Below, one piece after another: positions 1-8,672 of a stretch of 64,000 nucleotides of DNA; positions within the stretch are counted from its first letter, which is position 1; every line of letters begins with the position of its first letter. Source of the stretch: Candidatus Micrarchaeota archaeon (GTDB taxonomy: Archaea; Micrarchaeota; Micrarchaeia; Micrarchaeales; CABMGC01); contig DAHVMJ010000002.1 in assembly GCA_027319905.1 (NCBI GenBank), positions 389 to 64,388 on the forward strand. The letters are read 5' to 3'. A program made the translations under genes and the position numbers. Under the pieces are notes generated by a model. That model did no database searches. It saw nothing but the letters and a program-made list of their open reading frames with translations, and was not told the origin of the DNA.

Positions 1-861
1 GCCAGAAAGTCCCAGTCTGCAATGGAGTACCTCATGACCTACGGGTGGGCCATACTGATCATAGCAGTAGTCCTAGGAGCGCTTTTTCAACTTGGCGTTT
101 TTAATGCGGGCGCTTTCTCTCCACGGGCGCCTCCAGGAGCCTGCCAAGTATTCAGACCGAACGGCCCGGGTTCTACTACTAACATCAATCTCGAAGGAGT
201 ATGCAACGGCGAGCTGCCGCAATACGCTGGCACATTTAGCGGTGTTGTGACGAGCAATGTAGTTTTAAGCTCTGACACAAATTTCCCTACAGGCACTCAG
301 CAAATAAGCATCTTTGCATGGATAAAAAGCTCCCAGAGCACCACGTATCCCTTTATCTTCAACTACGGCAAATACGGCACCAATCAACAAAATTGGATGT
401 TAGCATTTTATGATGGTCAAGCGTGCGTAGACGTGTGGGGGAGCGGGCCTTGTGCAGGACCTTACATAAATAACAATGCATGGCACTTTGTGGGATTTAC
501 ATACCCTGGCAGCTATCCTGCGATACTTTATGTTGACGGTTCCTCATATTCTCTAACGCCGGGCCTGGCGCCTAACGCTATTACAGGTGCAGGTACAGTT
601 GCAGATATAGGTTATGGCTATGGCAGTTATTTTACTGGAAGCATTGCAGATGTTCAAATCTACAACACCTCCCTCTCAGGTCCAGAAGCGAATGCCCTTT
701 ATGATGAAGGAATTGGTGGCGCGCCGATAAAGCTGCAAAACCTAGTGGGTTGGTGGCCGCTCAACGGCAATGCCAACGACTACTCCGGAAACAATGACAA
801 TGGTGTACCCAACAGCGTTACCTATACCAACCAGTGGACCTCTGGCTACACTCCACCGTAA
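1..861 (+). CDS. Prepilin-like (class III signal peptide) protein with a LamG/concanavalin-A-like domain; 5' end cut by the window edge
   Basis: In-frame codons 1-21 read ARKSQSA ahead of MEYLMTYGWAILIIAVVLGALFQLGVFN, the same leader as paralogs ending at 49786, 53914 and 59674. The LamG_3-type core ends IADVQIYNTSLS..ALYDEG. The C-terminal tail is GWWPLNGNANDYSGN...QWTSGYTPP. Confidence 0.8.
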   Translation, partial: ARKSQSAMEYLMTYGWAILIIAVVLGALFQLGVFNAGAFSPRAPPGACQVFRPNGPGSTTNINLEGVCNGELPQYAGTFSGVVTSNVVLSSDTNFPTGTQQISIFAWIKSSQSTTYPFIFNYGKYGTNQQNWMLAFYDGQACVDVWGSGPCAGPYINNNAWHFVGFTYPGSYPAILYVDGSSYSLTPGLAPNAITGAGTVADIGYGYGSYFTGSIADVQIYNTSLSGPEANALYDEGIGGAPIKLQNLVGWWPLNGNANDYSGNNDNGVPNSVTYTNQWTSGYTPP

Positions 862-867
862 ACAAGA

Positions 868-2382
868 CTAGCCCGCGTTCTGCGTCTCCGCAGATTCCTC
901 TTCCTCTTCCGCCTTGAATAGGTTCTTGTATCTCTTCTCTATCAGGTTTTTGAGCTCCTTCTGCGTCTCCTCTTTCTTCTTTCCTGTCAGTTCCTCGAGA
1001 TCCGCGGAAAGCTGGCTGACATACCTCATTATCGTCTTGTAGCCGCTCTCCTGCACGCTCCTGTGCCGTTCGCCGCTCAGGAATCTCTGCAGCTTCCTGC
1101 CCGCATCCTGCACAGCGAGCTTTATCTCCTCGACTATCTCATCCTCCTGTGCGATCGCCTGCTTGCCAACTCCCGAATAAGGTATGTAGACGCTTGAGAC
1201 ATTGACGAGCACGCTCACCGGTTCTTCGTCGAACTTTGCTATGGAGTAGCGCTTCCAGTCTATTCCCTGCACCGCCTCAGTTATAGCACAGCTGCCAGTG
1301 TCGAACAGTAGCGGCACTTTGTTCGCAAATCTTAGTATGTTGCCCGAAACGAGTTCGCCGTTCTTCCTTCCGGCCTCGCCCCCGTAGGCTATTCCTACCT
1401 CAACCACGAAGGGCACGCCCCCCTTGAATACCTGCGGCTTGCGCTCCACGACGCTGCTGAACTTGGGGTTGAGTATGTTGCGCATAGCGATGTCTATCTG
1501 TTTCTCGCCTATCGTTGACATCGCGTCAAGCTCCGGGCCTATCCACTTCACCCGCTTGAATGCGTTGACTATCTTCGTCGCATCCTCCCACGTAAGCTGT
1601 CTCGGCGCCTTCTCGAAGTCCACGTCTTTTGCAATCTCTACCAGTTCCCTCACCTTGTCGTGCGTGACCCTTGAGAAGGAGTCAACAAGGAAGGACGTGA
1701 CCTTCCTGCTCTCGCTCGTGTGCGCGAAGTCGAGCAGGTCGCTCGCCGATATGCCGAGCGGGTGCGGCAGTATCTGCTTTGGCCTGCGCGGCATCGTTGT
1801 TACAGATCGCGGGAACACGGCTTCGTTGCCGTCGGGTTCTATGAGCTTTATGCTGGCGTGGGGGTTCGATAGCGCAGTTCTGCGTATGTACTCGTAGACG
1901 CCGTGTTCGCCCTTCTCGTACTTGACCTCCCCGAACTCGCCCTCCACGATCAATCCGCGGAAGTCCGATTTTATCTGCTCTAGGTTGTTCACTAGAGGTC
2001 TGTTGCCCTTGATGTCTATGCTAAGGTCGCATGCGTATGCCTCTTTTCCCGTGCCCGACCTCACGTGTATCGGTTTGCCAGTTGTTATCAGTGCAAATAT
2101 GGTGCAGCCGCCTGCCCCTATGCCCTGCTGGCCCCGCTGCTGCATGTACCTGTGGAACTTTGTCCCTGTGAGCACAGACGCCAGCGCCTTGCCGATGTGT
2201 TTTGAGGGTATGCCGGGTCCGTTGTCGCGCACGTAAACGCTGTACCTGCTCTCGGCCAGCTCCTTCACCCTCACCTCTATCTCCGGCAGTATGCCCGCCT
2301 CTTCGCAGGCATCAAGGTTGTTGGTCACGTACTCGTGCACTATGGTTGTCAGCGACCTTACCCTGCCAGCATAGCCGAGCAT
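868..2382 (-). CDS. top6B: DNA topoisomerase VI subunit B
   Basis: GHKL ATPase motifs are present (VTNNLDACEEAGILPEIEV, VRDNGPGIP, GQQGIGA). The conserved N-terminal block HSITEFFRKNSQ lies upstream of the first ATG (2382), so the true start is probably further upstream. An in-frame ATA lies at 2439-2437. Confidence 0.9.
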   Translation of the reverse strand: MLGYAGRVRSLTTIVHEYVTNNLDACEEAGILPEIEVRVKELAESRYSVYVRDNGPGIPSKHIGKALASVLTGTKFHRYMQQRGQQGIGAGGCTIFALITTGKPIHVRSGTGKEAYACDLSIDIKGNRPLVNNLEQIKSDFRGLIVEGEFGEVKYEKGEHGVYEYIRRTALSNPHASIKLIEPDGNEAVFPRSVTTMPRRPKQILPHPLGISASDLLDFAHTSESRKVTSFLVDSFSRVTHDKVRELVEIAKDVDFEKAPRQLTWEDATKIVNAFKRVKWIGPELDAMSTIGEKQIDIAMRNILNPKFSSVVERKPQVFKGGVPFVVEVGIAYGGEAGRKNGELVSGNILRFANKVPLLFDTGSCAITEAVQGIDWKRYSIAKFDEEPVSVLVNVSSVYIPYSGVGKQAIAQEDEIVEEIKLAVQDAGRKLQRFLSGERHRSVQESGYKTIMRYVSQLSADLEELTGKKKEETQKELKNLIEKRYKNLFKAEEEEESAETQNAG

Positions 2383-2473
2383 CTGGCTGTTCTTGCGGAA
2401 GAACTCGGTTATGGAGTGCTCCTTGAACTCCTTGAATATCTCTTCTGCGTTCCTCGTCTTATCCTCAGCCGTG

Positions 2474-2995
2474 CTATCTACCCTCCCTCAGCCGTCGTTT
2501 CGCCTTCTCCATTATCGCATATGCCTTCTTGTGCGTGCCCCCCTCGAGCAGCACCTCTATCGCAGCCCTCGCTATCCTTATCTCATCGACCGTGCCTATC
2601 ATGCTCACCGTGTCGCCGTATATCGCGAGATCGGCTCCGCTCACGCTCTGCACATAGCTCTTTGTCTTGCCGTCCGTCCCTATGACTCTCGCCTTGATCC
2701 TCTTTATCTGCGCTTCATTATTAAAAAGCTGCTTCATGTCTATGCTTTCGAAGAAGCGTTCGTCGCTGAGCAGCTTGCACGCGGTCTCGAACTCGAACCC
2801 TCGGGCGAACGCCTGCAGAACAACGCGCGCGTTGTACTCCTCTAGGGCGTCGCCGTCTATCAGCAGCTCGTTCTCGTTCCTGACCTCTATCCTGCAGCCG
2901 AGGCGCTTGCGCACGCTATCCATAAGCGTTTTGCCTTTCAGTAGCTCGGCCCTTTTCGTGGGAATGAGGAATTGCTGCAATCCAGACACCAGCAA
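2474..2995 (-). CDS. KH-domain RNA-binding protein (archaeal Dim2/Pno1-like)
   Basis: Two KH-like modules are present (RVIGTDGKTKSYVQSVSGADLAIYGDTVSMIG). Size and layout are typical of the archaeal KH type I RNA-processing protein. Confidence 0.6.
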   Translation of the reverse strand: MLVSGLQQFLIPTKRAELLKGKTLMDSVRKRLGCRIEVRNENELLIDGDALEEYNARVVLQAFARGFEFETACKLLSDERFFESIDMKQLFNNEAQIKRIKARVIGTDGKTKSYVQSVSGADLAIYGDTVSMIGTVDEIRIARAAIEVLLEGGTHKKAYAIMEKAKRRLREGR

Positions 2996-3103
2996 GCGTT
3001 TGCACTATCTTATCTGTGGATATTCTTATAAACATAAAACACCGGAGCGCGAGTCCTGCCATTACCCTGCTGCCAGAACCGGTTTACCGTCGCGCGTCTT
3101 AAC

Positions 3104-3721
3104 ATGAATCTATATAAACGGACAGAGGAGAGTAAGAGCAGTGAAAGGATGTTCGGCCGCGGAAAATCAAAGGAACAGCAGCAGTCATGGGTATCCTCTT
3201 CAGTAGATCTGAAGATAGATCAGGCCAGAAAACTGCTCGACTCAGCTGAGGAACTGGCCTCCAAGGGCAATTTTGTCTCGGCAGCAAGCCAGAGGGATCT
3301 CGCGTTCAAAAGCGTACAGGGAGCGAGTCTTGACGATTCGAGCGAGGTGCTCTATGATATCGCATCGAGCTGGCAGGACGAGGCCGAGGAGCTTCATCCA
3401 TATCCTCCTGATGAGGACGCCGTGCCGCACGGCCACGATGAACGCGATTACACCGCCATGTGCTACCAGAAGGCGGCTGAGGTGTTCCTGTACTCTGGAG
3501 ACACCGACTCGGCCGAAGAACTCTTCGGCGAAGCAGCCGAGATATCTCTGCAGCGCATAGAGTCTGGGAACCAGTTCATGTACAAACCAGAGGATATTGC
3601 GAAGCTGGAGGAAGTGGTCGTGAACTTCAGACGCGCAAACAACGAGGAGATGGCGGATCTGGTATCCAGGAAGATACTCACCCAAAAGACACTCGAGTCA
3701 TTGCGCGACAAGCAACAATAG
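3104..3721 (+). CDS. Hypothetical protein (helical, acidic)
   Basis: Long ORF with coding-like composition and no recognisable motif. An alternative start lies at 3149 (MFGRGKS). Confidence 0.45.
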   Translation: MNLYKRTEESKSSERMFGRGKSKEQQQSWVSSSVDLKIDQARKLLDSAEELASKGNFVSAASQRDLAFKSVQGASLDDSSEVLYDIASSWQDEAEELHPYPPDEDAVPHGHDERDYTAMCYQKAAEVFLYSGDTDSAEELFGEAAEISLQRIESGNQFMYKPEDIAKLEEVVVNFRRANNEEMADLVSRKILTQKTLESLRDKQQ

Positions 3722-3860
3722 ACGAATCCTACGTCGGCAAAATCCATTTTGAGTTTTCAGGGCAGTGCGTCCGCAGATTAGTGGAAGTCTGGAAGCTAGG
3801 CATACATACTCTTCCGCAAAAGCGTAATATTTAAATATCTTAATCTTCACACACATATGA

Positions 3861-4409
3861 TTGTTTCATGATTCTCTCATGAAAGGGTTTGGGGACAATC
3901 AGGAGTGGAGTGGCGCAATGAACAAAAAGCAGATGGAACTTGAGCTGCAAGAGTTGAAGAAGCGCGTCGGAGAGCTGCTTCAGCGGAATAACGCAGACAT
4001 ACCATCAAACCTGAGCACCGAGGGCTGGTACAGATACCTGGGTGAGCAGCGCGAGAAGACAAACATGATACTTACCTCCCTGGGCGAGAGGATGAAGATT
4101 CTGGAAGAGAGCGTTGCAGAGATGGCCTCCGGTGAGGGACAGGCAGAGGTCTATGGTCCGGAGAGCGAGGAACAGGTGGAGCTCTCGGTAGTTGACGTTA
4201 AGATACTAAACTTTGTGCAAACTCAGCCGCAGGGAATGGCCTGCGCCGACGACGTTAGAAAGTACATGGGATACAGAGGCAACAACGCCGCATGCGCGAG
4301 GATGAACAGGCTCAGGGTAATGGGCCTGCTCGTGACGCACAGGCTGGGCCACAAGGTGTATTATGCTGGCAAGGCGACCATGAAACTTATTGTATCACCT
4401 CCACAGTAG
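3861..4409 (+). CDS. Hypothetical protein, N-terminal coiled coil plus C-terminal winged-helix-like domain
   Basis: The C-terminus VKILNFVQTQPQGMACADDVRKYMGYRGNNAACARMNRLRVMGLLV resembles a wHTH. TTG 3861 lies about 27 nt downstream of the centre of a TTTAAATA box. An alternative ATG lies at 3879. Confidence 0.5.
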   Translation: MFHDSLMKGFGDNQEWSGAMNKKQMELELQELKKRVGELLQRNNADIPSNLSTEGWYRYLGEQREKTNMILTSLGERMKILEESVAEMASGEGQAEVYGPESEEQVELSVVDVKILNFVQTQPQGMACADDVRKYMGYRGNNAACARMNRLRVMGLLVTHRLGHKVYYAGKATMKLIVSPPQ

Positions 4410-4416
4410 GAAAAAA

Positions 4417-4458
4417 GGGCCTGTGTCTTCCCCCAAGTGCAGGCCCCTTCTATTTCTT
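4417..4458 (+). terminator. Hairpin plus T-rich tract downstream of the 3861..4409 gene
   Basis: GGGCCTG-16 nt-CAGGCCC is followed by CTTCTATTTCTT. Confidence 0.35.
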
Positions 4459-4518
4459 ACGGGCAGCGGCTTGCCAGGCTGCTAAAACGTTATATAGCAG
4501 AGCGTAGATAATAGGCCC

Positions 4519-5502
4519 ATGAGAAACGTAGCCGTGCTCTCGCACATAGCGGACATAGATGGCGTCGGTGCCGCTGCGCTGGTGCGCCTCAGGTACAAGA
4601 TTCCTTTGGGCAACATATTCTTCGCGGGCCACGATGTTGCTGAAGTGTCCTTCGCCGAAGCAGGGATACGTAGGCTCTGCAAGGGAGGCATACTGCTTTT
4701 TGTCACGGATCTGACTCCCGAAGACCAGACTGCGCCGATCTATGAAAGGATAGTGAATTCGGTGAACAGGATCGGCGGCAGGGTCGTATTCCTTGACCAT
4801 CATCCGTGGAGCGACAGGATCGTGAAGAGGATAGCAAAGAAATGCTTCATCGCTGTGTTCGGGGAGAACAGGCAGATGTGCGCCACCGAGCTGGTCAAGA
4901 AGTACACGGGTCTGGACACCAGATTCGTGCGTGAGTTCGCACGTGTTGTGCACCATGCCGACTTTTATATTCAGCTCTCCGAGAAGAGGCACAGCAGGCT
5001 TGTCGATGACTACGCGATGCATTTCGCCGGCGTGAACATGAGCAAAAGTTTCAGCAAGAGGCTGAGAGACCTGAGGCACGTGGCCGAAGTGATAAGCTCG
5101 GGGCGGTTTGAAGACGAGGCAATCTCAAAAGGCGCAGCGAAGTTCAAGAGGCTTAACGAAAGCAGGATCGCCAAGATGCTCGAAAGCGTTCAGATCATAT
5201 CCAACAAGATCGGAGTTGGATTCACGAAGCAGGTCGACTCCACAGAGGCATGCATGGCGATAATACACAGCGAGCGTGTGCCGATGAGCGTCGTAATAAA
5301 TCTGGACCATATGAAGGGCAGCATAAGGAGCACGGGGCCAGACATAAGCGTCCTTGCCAACGCCTTCGGAGGCGGCGGCCATCCGCACGCGTCGGGGTTC
5401 AGCCTGGATGCCAAACGTTACAACTCTTTCAGGACAACCCACGATAGACAGAAGGCCACGGAAATGATCGCCCGCAGGGCAAGGGCGGTTGGCCTGTTGT
5501 AG
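4519..5502 (+). CDS. DHH/DHHA1-family phosphoesterase (NrnA/RecJ-like)
   Basis: Motifs found: HIADIDGVGAA (DxD), VTDL, FLDHHP (DHH) and GGGGHPHASGF (DHHA1 GGGH). Confidence 0.8.
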   Translation: MRNVAVLSHIADIDGVGAAALVRLRYKIPLGNIFFAGHDVAEVSFAEAGIRRLCKGGILLFVTDLTPEDQTAPIYERIVNSVNRIGGRVVFLDHHPWSDRIVKRIAKKCFIAVFGENRQMCATELVKKYTGLDTRFVREFARVVHHADFYIQLSEKRHSRLVDDYAMHFAGVNMSKSFSKRLRDLRHVAEVISSGRFEDEAISKGAAKFKRLNESRIAKMLESVQIISNKIGVGFTKQVDSTEACMAIIHSERVPMSVVINLDHMKGSIRSTGPDISVLANAFGGGGHPHASGFSLDAKRYNSFRTTHDRQKATEMIARRARAVGLL

Positions 5503-5512
5503 ATCCGCTAAA

Positions 5513-6940
5513 TCAATCATTTTGTGCAGCGCCAACAAGATAATCGAAGTAGGCTTCGAGGCTTCGGCGCGGCCAGAAGCCCAACTGTAGTTGTTCCAAT
5601 ACCACATCTTGCGATTCCTGGCTGAGCCCTTCGAGTCGGCGCGAGAACCTTCCCGCCAGATCTTCCGCGGCTATATAGACCCAGTTCCCGATTCTGTGTT
5701 CGAACTCATCCCAGAAACCAGTATTGTAGTATGCAACTTGTTTGTTCTTGTGTATGTCCGTAAGAACGGTGGGGTCTCCGAGAATTGAAAAAATCGCCTT
5801 CGCAGCCTTGTCGCTGTCATGGCCCTGGGTGAAGTATACATAATCTTCGTAGATGGCTGCAAACGCGCCAACTCCATGGAGGCGCTGCTCCACCTCAAAA
5901 TTGTCCAGGAGGAGGTCGAAGTCGTCGCTATCAAGTTCCGGGATTGATTCCCGATTGTTTTTCAGCCTGTCAACAAGTCGGAGCTTTCCAAGCTCAACTA
6001 CTGTTTCCGCGTGCACATTGATAACCGAGGAGTCGTGGTAGGTTTTCATGAACTCCGGGATTTTCGCGTTATTCGCAAGCAGGAAGTGACCCTGGTGGCC
6101 TAGCAGACCTTCCTCTCCCACAATATCTGCGATGACAAAAGCGTCAGGCACGCTTGCCCACCTGTTTCCCTTCTTTATCTTCACGATCGTTCCCGGTTGA
6201 TAGACGTTCAGGTAAATCATATCGTCTTGCATGTAGGTTCCCTTTGACCCGTCCTCAACAAAATTGACGCGCTGCATGTAGTCTTCGAAGTTATTGAACA
6301 GCGTCCTTATTTTCTGCGGCGCCATTTCGAATGATAGCCTGAGCAGCCTGATGTAGAGTTCTTTGACCTGCTGCGCCTGCTCGGTGCTCTCGGGAGCCAT
6401 GGCTTCGTATTTCTCTATGGCCCCCATCCGTGTTTCGGCGATCTTCTGCGTATTGATCTTCATGTAGCGCTCCGCCGCTGAGGCTACATCATCATCGCCT
6501 ATTCCCGATAGCGCCATGACGCTCCTGTAATCAAAAGAGTTCTTCTGACGCACACTCAGTTGCGCTCTCATTGCAGAGAGGCGCTCCGACATGTTCTGCA
6601 GCAGCAAATTCTCCGCTGTGCTCCCGGCGCTTGTGTTTTCCATCTCCCCTGTGATTGCATCCAGGCTTTTTTCTAGTCTGTGCGCTTTCCTAGCCGGGAA
6701 GGCGACCGCCCTGCTGACCGCCTCGAGGCGTTCAAAGCTGTCTGCCAAGCTTTCATACTCATTCGAGTATACTTGCAGCATTTCAGATAGTTGCCTTGGG
6801 AAAGGTTCTATCGTAGCCTCTGAGCTTTTGGGCGACTGACTTCTTCTCGCAGAGCCAAGCAATACATTGTTCAGCTGTAGCGTCCCCGATTCAGAATTGC
6901 GGTGGGCAAACTTTTTGCTCATCATAGCACAATTCTGCAA
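5513..6940 (-). CDS. Hypothetical protein (475 aa)
   Basis: Uninterrupted ORF filling the gap between flanking genes. I recognise no motif. Confidence 0.5.
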   Translation of the reverse strand: MQNCAMMSKKFAHRNSESGTLQLNNVLLGSARRSQSPKSSEATIEPFPRQLSEMLQVYSNEYESLADSFERLEAVSRAVAFPARKAHRLEKSLDAITGEMENTSAGSTAENLLLQNMSERLSAMRAQLSVRQKNSFDYRSVMALSGIGDDDVASAAERYMKINTQKIAETRMGAIEKYEAMAPESTEQAQQVKELYIRLLRLSFEMAPQKIRTLFNNFEDYMQRVNFVEDGSKGTYMQDDMIYLNVYQPGTIVKIKKGNRWASVPDAFVIADIVGEEGLLGHQGHFLLANNAKIPEFMKTYHDSSVINVHAETVVELGKLRLVDRLKNNRESIPELDSDDFDLLLDNFEVEQRLHGVGAFAAIYEDYVYFTQGHDSDKAAKAIFSILGDPTVLTDIHKNKQVAYYNTGFWDEFEHRIGNWVYIAAEDLAGRFSRRLEGLSQESQDVVLEQLQLGFWPRRSLEAYFDYLVGAAQND

Positions 6941-6987
6941 CTAAGCATCGTCGATTTATATAGATTTTGTTTCGGTTCGCCGTTCCG

Positions 6988-8211
6988 CTAAGCACTGGCT
7001 GTTCCGTAACCCGCGAGCCTCCATCTCTGACTGAAATTGCGTAGCACAGATACCTTCGCGGCCTTGTCTATGCACGCCGCGTGCCTCAGCTCTATGCTCA
7101 GCGTGTTCTTCTTCGCGCTCTTCACGTAGCCCACGTTCGTCCCAGTGCCTATTCCCAGCAGCAGTGCTTCCTCTGCCTTGAAGGCTTGCTTCGGAAGGTC
7201 GTCCCTGTTCAGAGACTCGTACTTAAGGTCAAGCGAGTACGTCACCTCCGGCAGCTTGCCCACATGTCCGACCATCTGCCCAACGAGCGTGTCCGCCTTT
7301 GTCATCGCTGGGTCGAGATCCGTGCCTATCGCTATCAGGCCACCGGCTATCGCCTCATCTAGCCTGTCCCTGTCAGCAGAGAGGCTCTCTACTCTTGTTA
7401 TTATCGGCTCGTATGTCTCTCTCTTCTGCTTGTCCTTCTGTGTGCTTATCCCAGGCCTTATCTCTATCTCGTCCCCCACCTTGAACTTGCCCCTTATGAT
7501 CGACCCTCCTATCACGCCGCCCTTCACGTCCTTTATCTTTGTGCCCGGCCTGTTGACGTCAAAAGACCTGGCTATGTACATCGCCGGGGCAGAGGAGGTG
7601 TCGCGCTCCGGTACTGGCAGGTTAGCGAGCTCGGAAAGCACCACGTCGACGTTGACGTTCCTGTTCGGCATTACAGGTATGATCTTCGCGTTCTCTATGC
7701 TGCTGCCCTTCAGGAAGTGCTTTATCTGCTCGTAGCTCTTGACGGCACGCTCCCTGCCCACAATGTCGACCTTTGTTTGCACCACTATCGCGTTCCGTAT
7801 ACCCAACGAGTTAATCAGCATAAGGTGTTCCTTTGTCTGCGGCATCGGCACGGGCTCCGTTGCGGCTATAACGAAGAGCGCGGCGTCGATTATGTTAGAT
7901 CCCGCTATGGCTGTCGCCATGAGTGTCTCGTGCCCAGGCGCGTCAAGCATAGATATGCGCCTCACAGGCCTCGCCTCCCTGCCGTCCGCGCACTTCGCGT
8001 CAGTGGTGTATGCCTCAACCACGTTCTTGTCCCCGCACATTCTTATTGTGGCGTCGGAATAGCCGAGCTTTATGGTCATGCTCCTCTTTACGCTCTCGCT
8101 GTGCACGTCTGTCCAGATGTGGGTTATGGCATAGGTGAGCGTGGTCTTCCCGTAGTCTACGTGGCCGAGCGTGCCTACGTTGAGCTGGCTCTGCCTAAGA
8201 TTATTCTCCAT
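6988..8211 (-). CDS. eif2g: Translation initiation factor aIF2 gamma subunit
   Basis: GTPase motifs are present (GHVDYGKTTL, DAPGHE, QTKVD), followed by EF-Tu-like domains II and III. Confidence 0.9.
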   Translation of the reverse strand: MENNLRQSQLNVGTLGHVDYGKTTLTYAITHIWTDVHSESVKRSMTIKLGYSDATIRMCGDKNVVEAYTTDAKCADGREARPVRRISMLDAPGHETLMATAIAGSNIIDAALFVIAATEPVPMPQTKEHLMLINSLGIRNAIVVQTKVDIVGRERAVKSYEQIKHFLKGSSIENAKIIPVMPNRNVNVDVVLSELANLPVPERDTSSAPAMYIARSFDVNRPGTKIKDVKGGVIGGSIIRGKFKVGDEIEIRPGISTQKDKQKRETYEPIITRVESLSADRDRLDEAIAGGLIAIGTDLDPAMTKADTLVGQMVGHVGKLPEVTYSLDLKYESLNRDDLPKQAFKAEEALLLGIGTGTNVGYVKSAKKNTLSIELRHAACIDKAAKVSVLRNFSQRWRLAGYGTASA

Positions 8212-8250
8212 AAGCGTAATACTAAGGAAAGAAAATATTATAAGGCGGAT

Positions 8251-8661
8251 TCACTTGGCCTCAGCTGCTGTCTGCTCCTTCGCTGCCGCCTTCTTCGGGA
8301 AGAGTTCCTCCGCGCTCTTCGTCCCGTACTCGGTTATCACGGTGTTTATCTGACTCGTGTCAGCGCTCACGACATTTCCTCTGACCAGCTTCCTAACGCG
8401 CATCCCCTTCTTCGCTCCGATTATGCCTGGTCCGTGGCTCAGCAGCGCGTATGCCTTCCTGCTGCCTTCTATCTCCTTCCTGCTCGGCGCGCCCATCGAG
8501 TCGCTCAGTCCAGTGATCTGAAGCTTGAAGCCGTCAAGGCCCACAACCGCTCCCTCTATCATCTCGCCTATCTTTTTGCCGATCAGCATCGGCTCCCTGT
8601 CCTTTGCCACTTCCAGCTGGGCCGTCCTGCCGTTCTTCTTGTCAGAAAAAACAATCTTCAT
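8251..8661 (-). CDS. rps6e: 30S ribosomal protein S6e
   Basis: MKIVFSDKKNGRTAQLEV...GFKLQITGLSDSMGAPSRKEIEGSRK is typical of S6e. The start is placed at the second Met (8661), which removes the overlap with cdc48. The ORF-track start is 8676. Confidence 0.85.
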   Translation of the reverse strand: MKIVFSDKKNGRTAQLEVAKDREPMLIGKKIGEMIEGAVVGLDGFKLQITGLSDSMGAPSRKEIEGSRKAYALLSHGPGIIGAKKGMRVRKLVRGNVVSADTSQINTVITEYGTKSAEELFPKKAAAKEQTAAEAK

Positions 8662-8672
8662 CAAATCCCCGC

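Noticed and set aside
4450-5079. A 209-aa minus-strand ORF.
   Set aside because: It overlaps the DHH phosphoesterase gene, which has all four family motifs, on the opposite strand. It has no motifs of its own.
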